Assembly: GCA_965223855.1 (NCBI GenBank)
Contig: CBDCXM010000009.1
Span: 864,001-928,000, forward strand
Origin: Candidatus Multivoradales bacterium
GTDB lineage: Bacteria > Acidobacteriota > Thermoanaerobaculia > Multivoradales > JAHEKO01
Reading direction: 5' to 3'
DNA: 64,000 bases
Shown here: positions 55,655 through 64,000 of the stretch, one piece after another
How positions within the stretch are numbered: position 1 is the stretch's first letter
Layout of the letters: each line of letters opens with the position of its first letter
Translations under genes and position numbers: made by a program
Notes under the pieces: model-generated
Databases searched by the model: none
What the model was told of the DNA's origin: nothing
Seen by the model: the letters and a program-made list of their open reading frames with translations, nothing else

Positions 55655-56550
55655 CCGGGCACCTTCGAGGCCGTGCTGCTGATCTCGGACTGCAGGCCGC
55701 CGATCGCTTCGGCGAGCCCCTCCGTGAGTTCCGTGACTCTGGGTGCCGCCGACTGCAGCGACTGAAGCTGTTGCTCCTGCACGGCGCCGACGCCGTCGAG
55801 GACCTCGCCGACGGTCTCGAGCTCTCCATCGAGTGCCTCCGGAGCGTCGACTGCCAGCCCCTGCCAGAGCCCCTCCATGACCTCGTTGTGCTGCTCGACC
55901 ATGGCGTTGCCCGCGTCGATCAGCGATCTCCCGAGGTGGCGCACCAGCTCACCACCGGCGCTGGCGAACTCGGTGCTGTGCTGTGCCCCCTCGCGGGCGA
56001 CATCGGACAGCGCCTCGGCCCACGAGGATCGAGCCGTCAGCAGGCTCTGGTGAGCCGTGCCGGCCGTCTCGACGGCGGCGGAGAGGGCGGACTGCAACGC
56101 CTCGATTCCGGCGTTGCCTTCGGCGACGGCTGCCTGTGCGGCGGCAGCGACCTCGGTTGCCGCCTCCGCTGCTGCCGACAACGAGCTGCCGCGCTCCTCG
56201 CCGAGCTCCCGGCGGGCCTCGGAGAGCTGCTCGAGTTGCGGCGTCAGCTCCTCGAGGGACGTGCGGGCCGTCGCCGCCAGGGCGGAAGCCTCCGCGGTCA
56301 GCTCCGACAGCGCTTCGTGAAGGCCGCCCGTCGCCGTCTCGCCGGCGGCGCGAGCGGCCGCGACCTGCTCGAGCGCCTGCTCGATCGACGCCTGCGCGGT
56401 CTGCGCTTCGGCTTCGATCGCCGCGACGAGATCCTCGCTGCGGCCCAGAAGCTCCTGGACCGGAGCGCGGGCCGCTTCGCAGCGCTGCTCGAGCTCCCGG
56501 CAGCTCGAGACGGCCTCCTCCAACCGGTCGATGATGACGGGCTGTGCCAT
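55651..56550 (-). CDS. Acidic helical/coiled-coil protein P1 (299 aa), unknown function
   Basis: First gene of the operon. TAGAAT at 56568-56563 upstream. Ala/Glu-rich helical sequence. Confidence 0.78.
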   Translation of the reverse strand: MAQPVIIDRLEEAVSSCRELEQRCEAARAPVQELLGRSEDLVAAIEAEAQTAQASIEQALEQVAAARAAGETATGGLHEALSELTAEASALAATARTSLEELTPQLEQLSEARRELGEERGSSLSAAAEAATEVAAAAQAAVAEGNAGIEALQSALSAAVETAGTAHQSLLTARSSWAEALSDVAREGAQHSTEFASAGGELVRHLGRSLIDAGNAMVEQHNEVMEGLWQGLAVDAPEALDGELETVGEVLDGVGAVQEQQLQSLQSAAPRVTELTEGLAEAIGGLQSEISSTASKVPG

Positions 56551-56671
56551 GACGGTGAGGGGATTCTAGTCCTCCGGCACGGTCGACTCCATGACGACTC
56601 GCACAGTCTTGGGCGCGGCTTTCACGCACGGCGTTACAGGGCGCCTGGACCGGAGGGATAGAATTCGGGCA

Positions 56672-57784
56672 ATGACTCCTGCGAGGTGGCTCGCGACGCC
56701 GGTTCTCGGCGCCCTGTGTCTGATGCTGACCACGCCCGGCTGCGCGCCGCCGGCGAAGAACGGCGAGCCCGGCAATGGGAGTGATTCGCCCGGGAGTTCC
56801 GAGCCGGACTACGCCGTCGTCCGTGTTCTCTACGGCACCGATCGCGACGACACCGGAGCGGATCATCCGCGCGACAAGTACGGTGTCGCGCGCGGTGACG
56901 GAATCTCGTGGGGTCAGTGCGAGGTCAGCATCCCGCGGGACCATCGGATGGGAGAGCTGGAGGAGCCGTCGATCTGGCGCCTCGAGTTCCGCGAGGACCC
57001 GGAGAAGCACGTCGTCCTGCTCGACGGGGTGCGCTACGACCGTGACGAGTTCGTCGCGGCGCTCGCCGGCGCGACCGAGAGCTCCCGGAACCGGTCGGTG
57101 CTCGTCTTCGTCCACGGCTACAACGTCACCTTCGAGGACGCGGCGCGACGCACCGCCCAACTGAAGTACGACCTCGGGTTCGGCGGCGCCGCGACCTTCT
57201 TCTCGTGGCCGTCGAACGGCTCGAAGGCTGCCTATGCGGCGGACGAAGCCGACATCCAGTGGTCGACGCCCCACATCCGGGAGTTTCTCGAGACGGTGGC
57301 GACGGCCGACGGGGTGGGTGAAGTGTTCGTCGTCGCCCACAGCATGGGCAACCGGGGGGTCACTCGCGCGCTCATCGATCTCGAGCCCGAAGCGCGGAGC
57401 CGGATCCGGGAGGTCGTCCTCACGGCGCCGGACATCGACGCCGACGTCTTCGTTCGCGACCTGCTGCCGCGTCTCGGCGCGGAGGGGAGTCGCCTGACCC
57501 TCTACGCGTCGTCGAACGATCTGGCGCTGCAGGCCTCGAAGCGGTTGCATCAGGGGCGCCGGGCGGGCGAGGCCGGGCCGGAGTTGATCGTGGCCGAGGG
57601 GCTCGACACCATCGACGCCTCGAGCGTCGAGACTTCGTTTCTCGGTCACTCCTACTTCGCCGAGGAGCGCTCCCTGCTGTCCGACCTCTATTACCTGCTC
57701 ACCACCGGCAGCGCACCCGACGAGCGTGCCGGCCTCGAGCGCGAGGAGCTCGCCGGGCAGCCCTACTGGCGTTTTCGCGACTAA
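56672..57784 (+). CDS. DUF900 family alpha/beta hydrolase lipoprotein
   Basis: VLYGTDR, VSIPRDH, VFVHGYN, FSWPS, AHSMGN, APDID, YASSND.AL, GHSYF. TAGAAT lies 7 nt before ATG 56672. Confidence 0.9.
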   Translation: MTPARWLATPVLGALCLMLTTPGCAPPAKNGEPGNGSDSPGSSEPDYAVVRVLYGTDRDDTGADHPRDKYGVARGDGISWGQCEVSIPRDHRMGELEEPSIWRLEFREDPEKHVVLLDGVRYDRDEFVAALAGATESSRNRSVLVFVHGYNVTFEDAARRTAQLKYDLGFGGAATFFSWPSNGSKAAYAADEADIQWSTPHIREFLETVATADGVGEVFVVAHSMGNRGVTRALIDLEPEARSRIREVVLTAPDIDADVFVRDLLPRLGAEGSRLTLYASSNDLALQASKRLHQGRRAGEAGPELIVAEGLDTIDASSVETSFLGHSYFAEERSLLSDLYYLLTTGSAPDERAGLEREELAGQPYWRFRD

Positions 57785-57822
57785 CCCGGCGGTATCATCG
57801 GCGCCGAACAGGGAGGCGAACG

Positions 57823-59298
57823 ATGAGACGAACGGTGACGATCCTGCTGGGCCTGTGGCTCGCTTCTGCTGCCGGTGCGGCGCCTGCCGAATCGACCCGG
57901 CGCGAGGGCCCCGAACCTGTCCGGATCCTGCGTGAGCGCGCCAACCTTCCGGCTGCCGTGATCGAGTCGGGCTCGGGCACCTTCCCCTCGCCGGAGCTGC
58001 TGTTCTCGATGGTGGGCGCCGACAACGCGCCCACCGTGCGCGCTCTTCCCGACGTCACCGGCGACGGTGTCGCCGAGGTGCTGGTGGGGATCGACGAGTC
58101 GGGCACCGACAACCTGTTCTGCCTCGACGGGACGTCCGCCGGAGCCTCGCCAACGGTCGTCTGGAGCCTCGAAACGATGGACGGCGTCTCCGGCGGGTCG
58201 CCCTGGAGCGAGGAGTCGCTCTCCGTCGGCTCCGACCAGGACGACGACGGCTCGCCGAATCTCTACTTCGGCACCGCCTGGGGCGGTCGCACCGCCTACT
58301 CGATCAACGGTGACGACGGCGAGATCGTCTGGCGCTTCGACACCTACGACAGCCCCGACTCCGGCTGGATCTATTCGCTGGCGGAGATCGGGGACGTGAC
58401 CGGCGACGGAGTACCGGAGACCGCTTTCGCCAGCGGCTCCGACAGCGACCGGCTCTACCTGGTCGACGGGGCCAGCAGCGGTGAGCCGGCGACGATCGTC
58501 TGGACCTATCTCGCGGCTGACGCGGTCGGCTCGGTGCGCAATCTCGGCGACGCCGACGACGACGGGTTCGACGACGTCGTCGCGGCGGTGTGGGACAACG
58601 GCGATCTGGTGGTCGCGCTGAGCGGCGCGACCACGGCGCCCGGAGGCGACGTGCTTTGGACCCGCCCGATCGGACTGACCCCGCAGTCGCTCGGCGTGAT
58701 CCCCGATCTCGACGGCGACGGCGTCGACGAGGTGCTGGCCGCGGTGTGGGCGACCGACGGCAGCTCGGTGCGCTGTCTCGACGGCGAGAGCGGCAACGAA
58801 GTGTGGCGTACGACCACCGTCGGTGGGCCCGGGATGGCGGTCGATCTCCTCGACGACATCACGGGCGACGGTGTCCCCGAGGTGATCGTCTCGTCGTGGG
58901 ACAACGCGGTCACCGTCGTCGACGGCAGCGACGGCAGCCAGGTGTGGAAGACCTTCGTCGGCACGACCAACGGCGGCGACGTGTGGACGGCGCGCGCGAT
59001 CGGCGACCTCGACGGCGACGGGCAGGAGGACGTCGTCGCCGGTTCGTTCGATTACCACGTCTACGCGATGAGCGGCGACGACGGCGACATCCTGTGGGCC
59101 TACTTCACCGCGAACCGAGTCTTCAGCGTGCACCCGATCGACGACCTCGACGGCGACGGCGCTCCCGACGTCGTCGCCGGGACCCAGGACACCCAGAACA
59201 ACGTCGTGCTCCACGTCCTGAGCGGCGGCGCCGGGCCGATCTTCGTCGACGGGTTCGAGTCGGGCGACACGAGCGCCTGGCCTTCGACCGTGCCCTGA
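57823..59298 (+). CDS. Secreted FG-GAP/PQQ-repeat beta-propeller with IFVDGFESGD tail
   Basis: GGAGG RBS, signal peptide, about 8 DxxGDGxxD/E Ca-binding repeats. Confidence 0.85.
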   Translation: MRRTVTILLGLWLASAAGAAPAESTRREGPEPVRILRERANLPAAVIESGSGTFPSPELLFSMVGADNAPTVRALPDVTGDGVAEVLVGIDESGTDNLFCLDGTSAGASPTVVWSLETMDGVSGGSPWSEESLSVGSDQDDDGSPNLYFGTAWGGRTAYSINGDDGEIVWRFDTYDSPDSGWIYSLAEIGDVTGDGVPETAFASGSDSDRLYLVDGASSGEPATIVWTYLAADAVGSVRNLGDADDDGFDDVVAAVWDNGDLVVALSGATTAPGGDVLWTRPIGLTPQSLGVIPDLDGDGVDEVLAAVWATDGSSVRCLDGESGNEVWRTTTVGGPGMAVDLLDDITGDGVPEVIVSSWDNAVTVVDGSDGSQVWKTFVGTTNGGDVWTARAIGDLDGDGQEDVVAGSFDYHVYAMSGDDGDILWAYFTANRVFSVHPIDDLDGDGAPDVVAGTQDTQNNVVLHVLSGGAGPIFVDGFESGDTSAWPSTVP

Positions 59299-59325
59299 GG
59301 GCCGGCCGTTCCCGAGAGGAACGGG

Positions 59326-60684
59326 CTAGCGCGGCGGCAGCCAGCAGGTGACGACCGTGCCGAGCTCGCCGTTGGCCTGCAGGCTGATCTTGCCGCCGTG
59401 GGCCTCGAGGATCTCGCGGCACAGCGGCAACCCGAGACCGGTGCCGGTCTTCTTGGTCGAGTAGAAGGGCAGCAGGGCCTTCTGTATCGTCTCCTCGTCC
59501 ATCCCGAGACCCCGATCGAGAACCTGCAGGTAGGTGCCCTCCGGGGTCGCCTCCACCCGCAGCTCGACGGGAGCGGCACCGAGGCCCGCCTCGATCGCGT
59601 TCTTGACGAGGTTCTGGATCGCCTGCCGCATCTGCGAGGGGTCGAAGTAGCCCGGCTCGCGAGGCACGTCTCCCACCAGCACGACCCGCGGCGGGTCCTC
59701 GAACTCGCCGAGGAAATCGGCCCACTCGACCTCCTCCCGTCGCGGCGCCGGCAGGCGGGCGAAACGGGCGTACCCCTCGATGAAGCGACGCAGGTGGCGC
59801 AGCCGCTCTTCGATCGACTGGAACACCTCGGTCATCCGATCCGCATGCTCCGGGGCGCGACTGATCTTCTGTGCGGAATGCACGAGCGACGACACCGGCG
59901 CCAGTGAGTTGTTGAGCTCGTGCGAGATCACCCGAATGACGCGCTTCCAGGTCTCCGCCTCCTGCCGCCCGAGCTCACCGGTGAGGCGGCGCAGCAGCAC
60001 GAGAGTGTGCGGTCGCCGGTTGAGCTGAAAGCTGCGCTGGGAGAGGTGATAGGTCTCGCTTTGAAGGTCGCCGGGCACGGTGAAGATACCGTCGGTGCGG
60101 CTGGCGAGCACCTCCTGCATCTCGGGCGGGCAGCCGGCGCGCAGCTCGGTGAAGCTGCGCCCCTCGAGCTTGTCGCCGCCGGTCAGCAGGCGCCGCGCCT
60201 CGCGATTCGAGTAGAGGATCCGGTCGAGCGGGTTGATCAGCAGGATCGCCGCCGGCGAGCTGTCGAGCGCCGACTGCAACAGCAGCTCGCGCTGGCGCAC
60301 TCCGTGGCGCTCGTCGTGGAGGACGGTGCGGACCTCGTTGTAGTAGCGCACCAGATCGCCGAGCTCGTCGTCGCGCCGGTAGGCGAGCGACATGCTGAAG
60401 TCGCGGTCGCGGAAGCTGCGAATGCCGTCGGAAACGCCGCGCACCACCCGGTCGAGCGGCTCGAGCACCCGGCCGACGAACCAGGCCGCCAGCGGCAGGC
60501 CGACCAGCAGGATGCCGAGGAAGAGCGCCAGCGGCGAGACGATGTCGAAGCTCGAGCCCCAGGCTGCGAGTGCCGCCAGCAGCGTGAGGAGGACGAACAA
60601 CCCGGCGGTGATGCGGCCGGCGAGCGAGAAACGCCGCCGCAGCGGCGCCTCGGTCGATTCCCCTCGGTGCTCGGGCTCGCTCAT
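59326..60684 (-). CDS. Sensor histidine kinase (HAMP, PAS, NtrY-like)
   Basis: Two TMs, DELG, SHELNNSL, NLVKNA, DRGLG, PFYSTK, GTGLGL. Confidence 0.93.
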   Translation of the reverse strand: MSEPEHRGESTEAPLRRRFSLAGRITAGLFVLLTLLAALAAWGSSFDIVSPLALFLGILLVGLPLAAWFVGRVLEPLDRVVRGVSDGIRSFRDRDFSMSLAYRRDDELGDLVRYYNEVRTVLHDERHGVRQRELLLQSALDSSPAAILLINPLDRILYSNREARRLLTGGDKLEGRSFTELRAGCPPEMQEVLASRTDGIFTVPGDLQSETYHLSQRSFQLNRRPHTLVLLRRLTGELGRQEAETWKRVIRVISHELNNSLAPVSSLVHSAQKISRAPEHADRMTEVFQSIEERLRHLRRFIEGYARFARLPAPRREEVEWADFLGEFEDPPRVVLVGDVPREPGYFDPSQMRQAIQNLVKNAIEAGLGAAPVELRVEATPEGTYLQVLDRGLGMDEETIQKALLPFYSTKKTGTGLGLPLCREILEAHGGKISLQANGELGTVVTCWLPPR

Positions 60685-60734
60685 CGTGGCGATCTTGCCA
60701 GAGCCGGGCCTGCACGCCGGCGTCGAGGCCGCTG

Positions 60735-62147
60735 CTAAGAGTCCTTGAGGCGGCGCTCGAGCTCGATGCCGAGGCGCGCCATCTTGCGGTAGAGCGCCTG
60801 GCGACTGACGCCGAGCTCGTCCGCGGCGTGAGCGACGACGCCGCCGGACCGCTCGAGGGCGGAGAGCACTCGCTGGCGTTCCTCCTCCTGATTCGGGTCG
60901 AGCGTCGGGCCGGTGTGCTCGAGCGGCTCGATCCCGATCCCGAGCCCGAGATCGGCCGGCTCGAGCTGGGTGCCGCCGACCAGCAGGCCGCGCTGCACCC
61001 GGTTCTCGAGCTCGCGGACGTTGCCCGGCCAGTCGTGCTCGGTGAGGGCACGGGCGGCGGCGGCCGACAGGGCGACCTCCCCGGCGGCGTCTCCTTCGGT
61101 GGCGAAGCCGGAGAGAAAGTGGCGCGCGAGTGGCAGGATGTCGTCGCGCCGGGCGGCGAGCGGGGGGATCGCCAGTTCGACGACGTTGAGGCGGAAGTAG
61201 AGGTCCTCGCGGAACTCGCCGCGCTCGACCGCTCCCTCGAGGTCGGCGTTCGAGGCCGACAGCACCCGCACGTCCACGGCATGGGTGTCGCTGCTGCCGA
61301 GACGTTGGAACTCGCCACTCTGCAGCACCCGCAGCAGCTTGACCTGCCCCGCCAGCGACAGGGCGTCGATCTCGTCGAGGAAGAGAGTGCCACGGTGGGC
61401 GCTCTCGAAGTGGCCGATCCGTCGGCGGTTGAGCCCCGTGTAGGCGCCGGCCTCGGCGCCGAAGAGCTCGCTCTCCATCAGCTCCTCGGGGATCGCGCCG
61501 ACGTTCACCCTGACGAACGGCCGGTCGCGGCGCTCGGAGTTGGCCTGGAGCAGCTCGGCGATCTTCTCCTTGCCGCAACCGCTCGGGCCGGTGACGAGCA
61601 CCGGTGCGCGCGAGTCGGCGACGTGGAGCGCCAGCGCGACGACGTCCTGCATCGCGCGGCTGGCGTAGACGAGATCGCCCAGGTCGTAGCGCTCGGCGAG
61701 TTCCTCGCGAGACTGCCGCACCGCGCGACGGAGCTGCTCGTTCTCGAGCTCCAGCCGCCGCAGCCGCACCAGGTTGCGCACCGCGGCGACCAGCTTCTCG
61801 TCGTTCCACGGCTTCTCGATGTAGTCGGACGCTCCTTCGCGCACCAGCTCGACGGCGGTCTCGAGCGAGGCCCAGGCGGTCATCAGCAGCACCGGCAGGC
61901 CCGGCTGCAGCTCCTTGAGCTCGCGGAAGAGCCGGATGCCCGCCTCGCCGTCGGTCTCGCTGCGAGCGAAGTTCATGTCCTGAATCGCCGCGCCGAGAGT
62001 TTCCGAGCGGGCCAGGTCGCACGCCTCCTCCGGCGTGGAGGCGGCGACGTGAGCAATCCCCTCGAGATCGAGAAGAACCTGGAGCGCTTTGAGAATCGCC
62101 GGTTGGTCGTCGATCAGCAGGACGCGAAGCGGAAGTTCGGCGACCAT
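60735..62147 (-). CDS. NtrC-family sigma54-dependent response regulator
   Basis: LIDD, QDMNF, GPSGCGKE, ESELFG, GAYTG, LFLDEI, FREDLYFRLN, WPGNVRELEN, HTH. TACAAT lies 6 nt before ATG 62147. Confidence 0.95.
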   Translation of the reverse strand: MVAELPLRVLLIDDQPAILKALQVLLDLEGIAHVAASTPEEACDLARSETLGAAIQDMNFARSETDGEAGIRLFRELKELQPGLPVLLMTAWASLETAVELVREGASDYIEKPWNDEKLVAAVRNLVRLRRLELENEQLRRAVRQSREELAERYDLGDLVYASRAMQDVVALALHVADSRAPVLVTGPSGCGKEKIAELLQANSERRDRPFVRVNVGAIPEELMESELFGAEAGAYTGLNRRRIGHFESAHRGTLFLDEIDALSLAGQVKLLRVLQSGEFQRLGSSDTHAVDVRVLSASNADLEGAVERGEFREDLYFRLNVVELAIPPLAARRDDILPLARHFLSGFATEGDAAGEVALSAAAARALTEHDWPGNVRELENRVQRGLLVGGTQLEPADLGLGIGIEPLEHTGPTLDPNQEEERQRVLSALERSGGVVAHAADELGVSRQALYRKMARLGIELERRLKDS

Positions 62148-62212
62148 GGCGCGATTGTACGGTTGCGGTGCCCGGTGCGTCGGCCGTCACGGCGGCCGGC
62201 GACACCGTCCGG

Positions 62213-63433
62213 TCACACCGTCCGCGTAGCGACCTCCGGTGCCACCCGGGTCGCTCGCAGCGCCGGTACCAGGGCGGCGAAGATCCCCGTGACCCACAGC
62301 AGCGCCCCGCCGGCCACGAGCAGTACCCAGTCGAGCTTCGGCGCGGCGGCCAACTTGGTCAGCATGAAGGAAAGTCCGATCGCCAGCGCCGTGCCGAGGA
62401 CGAGGCCGATGCCGGTGATGATCCAGTTCTCGACCAGAAAGTAGCGGATGACGTCGCCCTTGGTCGCCCCGAGGGCGCGACGCGTGCCGATCTCGCGGGT
62501 GCGCTGGGTGACCGAGAAGGCGGTCAGACCGACGATGCCGAGCGAGGTGATCAGGAGCAGCAGGACGCTGAGGGCGCCGAGCATCTTCATCAGCGAAGTC
62601 TCGTTGCTGTACGTGCTGGCGCGGAAGTCGGCCATGGTGTCGAGGTTGATCACCCGGTCGGGGTGGATCGAGAGCATCAACTCCTCGAGTCCGGCGGACA
62701 CGCTGTCGACGGCACCTTCTTCGGTGCGCACCATGTAGGTCATGCGACGCGCGTTGCCGACCTCCGCGGGGAAGAAGGCGACCCTGTACTTGCCTTCCTG
62801 CCAGCCGGGCCAGGAGTTGTGCATGTCGCTGACGACGCCGATGATGGTGTTCGACAGCTCGCCGGTCGAGTTCTCGATCAGCGAGCCGAGGGCGCCGCCG
62901 TCCGGGAAGAGGGCGTCGGCCAGCGTGCGGGTGACCAGGACGTTGCGGTGCGGGATATCGCCGTTCTCGAGCTCGACGAGATCGAAATCGGCAGCCTCGA
63001 ACCCCCGGCCCTCGAGCAGCTCGAGACCGAGGGACTCGACGACCTTGTCGCTGGCGCGGTAGTAGGGGGTGTTGACTTCGAGATCGACGCCGACCGGCTT
63101 GCGGGTCGTGGCGCTGCCACCGGAGCTGATCGGCACGGCGCTGGTCGCCATGGCGTTGTGCACCCCGGGGAAACTCCGCAGGCGGCGCAGATCCTCCTTC
63201 TCGAGGTCGGCGATGAAGTCGTCGTCTTCGAACTCGGGACCGAACGGTTCGGCGCGGATGACGACGATGTTGGGCTCGTCGATTCCCGACGGCTCGTTGT
63301 AGCGCGCGCGCAGGTCGAGCACGACGTTGATGCAGTTGACGACGATCGCCAGTGTCAGCGCCACCTCGACGGTGATCAGCCAGAACCGGGTCTTGTTGTG
63401 GAACAGGGCGCGAAGGACGGGGCCGAAGTGCAT
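62213..63433 (-). CDS. MacB/FtsX-family ABC transporter permease
   Basis: N-terminal TM, periplasmic domain, VTQRTREIGTRRALGA, C-terminal TMs. Confidence 0.92.
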   Translation of the reverse strand: MHFGPVLRALFHNKTRFWLITVEVALTLAIVVNCINVVLDLRARYNEPSGIDEPNIVVIRAEPFGPEFEDDDFIADLEKEDLRRLRSFPGVHNAMATSAVPISSGGSATTRKPVGVDLEVNTPYYRASDKVVESLGLELLEGRGFEAADFDLVELENGDIPHRNVLVTRTLADALFPDGGALGSLIENSTGELSNTIIGVVSDMHNSWPGWQEGKYRVAFFPAEVGNARRMTYMVRTEEGAVDSVSAGLEELMLSIHPDRVINLDTMADFRASTYSNETSLMKMLGALSVLLLLITSLGIVGLTAFSVTQRTREIGTRRALGATKGDVIRYFLVENWIITGIGLVLGTALAIGLSFMLTKLAAAPKLDWVLLVAGGALLWVTGIFAALVPALRATRVAPEVATRTV

Positions 63434-63445
63434 CAGGAGCCTCCT

Positions 63446-64000
63446 CTACTGAAGCTTGAGGTGGAGCGCGGGTGGAACCGCGCAGATCCGCCATGCGGGG
63501 TAGATGCCGGCGACGAGGCCGGCGACGAGGGAAAGCAACAGACCGGCGCCGACCATGTTGAGGTCGAGGCTGAAGACGAACTGTTCGCCCAGCAGCCGGT
63601 TGATGATCTTGAGTGCCCCCGCCGACAGGGCGATTCCCAGCACGCCGCCAAGCAGACCTATGAGCTCGCACTCGACGATGTGCTGCAGGAAGACGGAACG
63701 GCGACTGGCACCGAGGGCGCGACGCACCCCGACTTCGGGTGAGCGGGCGAGGAACTTGCCGAGCAGGATGCCGATCAGGTTGACCGAGCAGACGATCAGG
63801 AAAAGCAACGAGATGATCAGCATCAGCTTCGCCTCGTCGGCCACCACCTCCCGCTTCGCGAGCCAGGTCGGCACGTCGGAGAGCTGGTTGTTGGTCGGGC
63901 GCTGAAAGCGACCCGCGGCGCGCTGCGACTCGGTGTAGGCGTCGAGAAAGCTCTGGTAGCGCGCCCGCTGTTCCCGGTCGTCGAGTTGGACCCACATCTG
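63446..64000 (-). CDS. MacB/FtsX-family ABC transporter permease, 5'-truncated at the window edge
   Basis: EVGVRRALGA, AGIYPAWR, TM helices. Confidence 0.88.
   Translation of the reverse strand, partial: QMWVQLDDREQRARYQSFLDAYTESQRAAGRFQRPTNNQLSDVPTWLAKREVVADEAKLMLIISLLFLIVCSVNLIGILLGKFLARSPEVGVRRALGASRRSVFLQHIVECELIGLLGGVLGIALSAGALKIINRLLGEQFVFSLDLNMVGAGLLLSLVAGLVAGIYPAWRICAVPPALHLKLQ

Noticed and set aside
52830-56550. Methyl-accepting chemotaxis proteins or phage tape-measure fragments
   Set aside because: No MCP hairpin signature (LLALNAAIEAARAG), no TM/HAMP domains and no phage genes. The four ORFs have clean coupled stop/start junctions rather than frameshift breaks.
58040-59180. Recurrent gacggcgacgg-type DNA repeats, possible CRISPR or tandem array
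   Set aside because: They encode DxDGDG Ca-binding FG-GAP repeats within a CDS. There is no constant repeat-spacer structure and no cas genes.
61430-61460. GAYTGL variant of the GAFTGA loop in the NtrC-like regulator
   Set aside because: GAYTG variants are common in this regulator subfamily. No supportable functional claim from sequence alone.
1-64000. High density of TCGA-containing palindromes (CTCGAG, GTCGAC)
   Set aside because: Explained by codon usage (CTC/GTC/ATC followed by GAG/GAC). No positional structure seen.

Overview
High-GC (roughly 70% by eye), gene-dense chromosomal window. It is most likely from an Acidobacteriota (Thermoanaerobaculia-like) genome or MAG; this is inferred from gene content and a shared C-terminal IFxDGFESGD tail. 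About 45 genes are supported, mostly secreted or envelope proteins: a sulfatase-like TPR protein, an amidohydrolase pair, PQQ and FG-GAP propellers, an HZS-alpha-like heme protein, a TRAP/TAXI transporter, an SLC13 permease, a glycan-modification cluster, and an NtrBC-like pair with MacB-type permeases. An accessory segment (about 7.5-15.9 kb) carries a Type ISP restriction-modification enzyme with a compositionally foreign target-recognition domain and two nucleotidyltransferases. Main second-look items: (1) a five-gene operon (51.5-56.5 kb) of four mutually paralogous, about 300-aa acidic helical proteins plus a membrane lipase-like hydrolase; (2) a 19-aa C-terminal tail shared by two unrelated secreted proteins, a candidate sorting signal; (3) a MenT-like nucleotidyltransferase and two tandem small paralogs diverging from one bidirectional -10 element, with start codons 18 bp apart; (4) repeated leaderless TAnnnT-N6/7-start architecture; (5) a RoxA/MauG-like diheme + GMC oxidoreductase + DUF4331 operon. 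About 9 frameshifts cluster at 17.3-28.3 kb and look like sequencing or assembly indels. No rRNA, tRNA, CRISPR array, integrase or transposase was seen. All family assignments come from visual motif recognition, not database searches.
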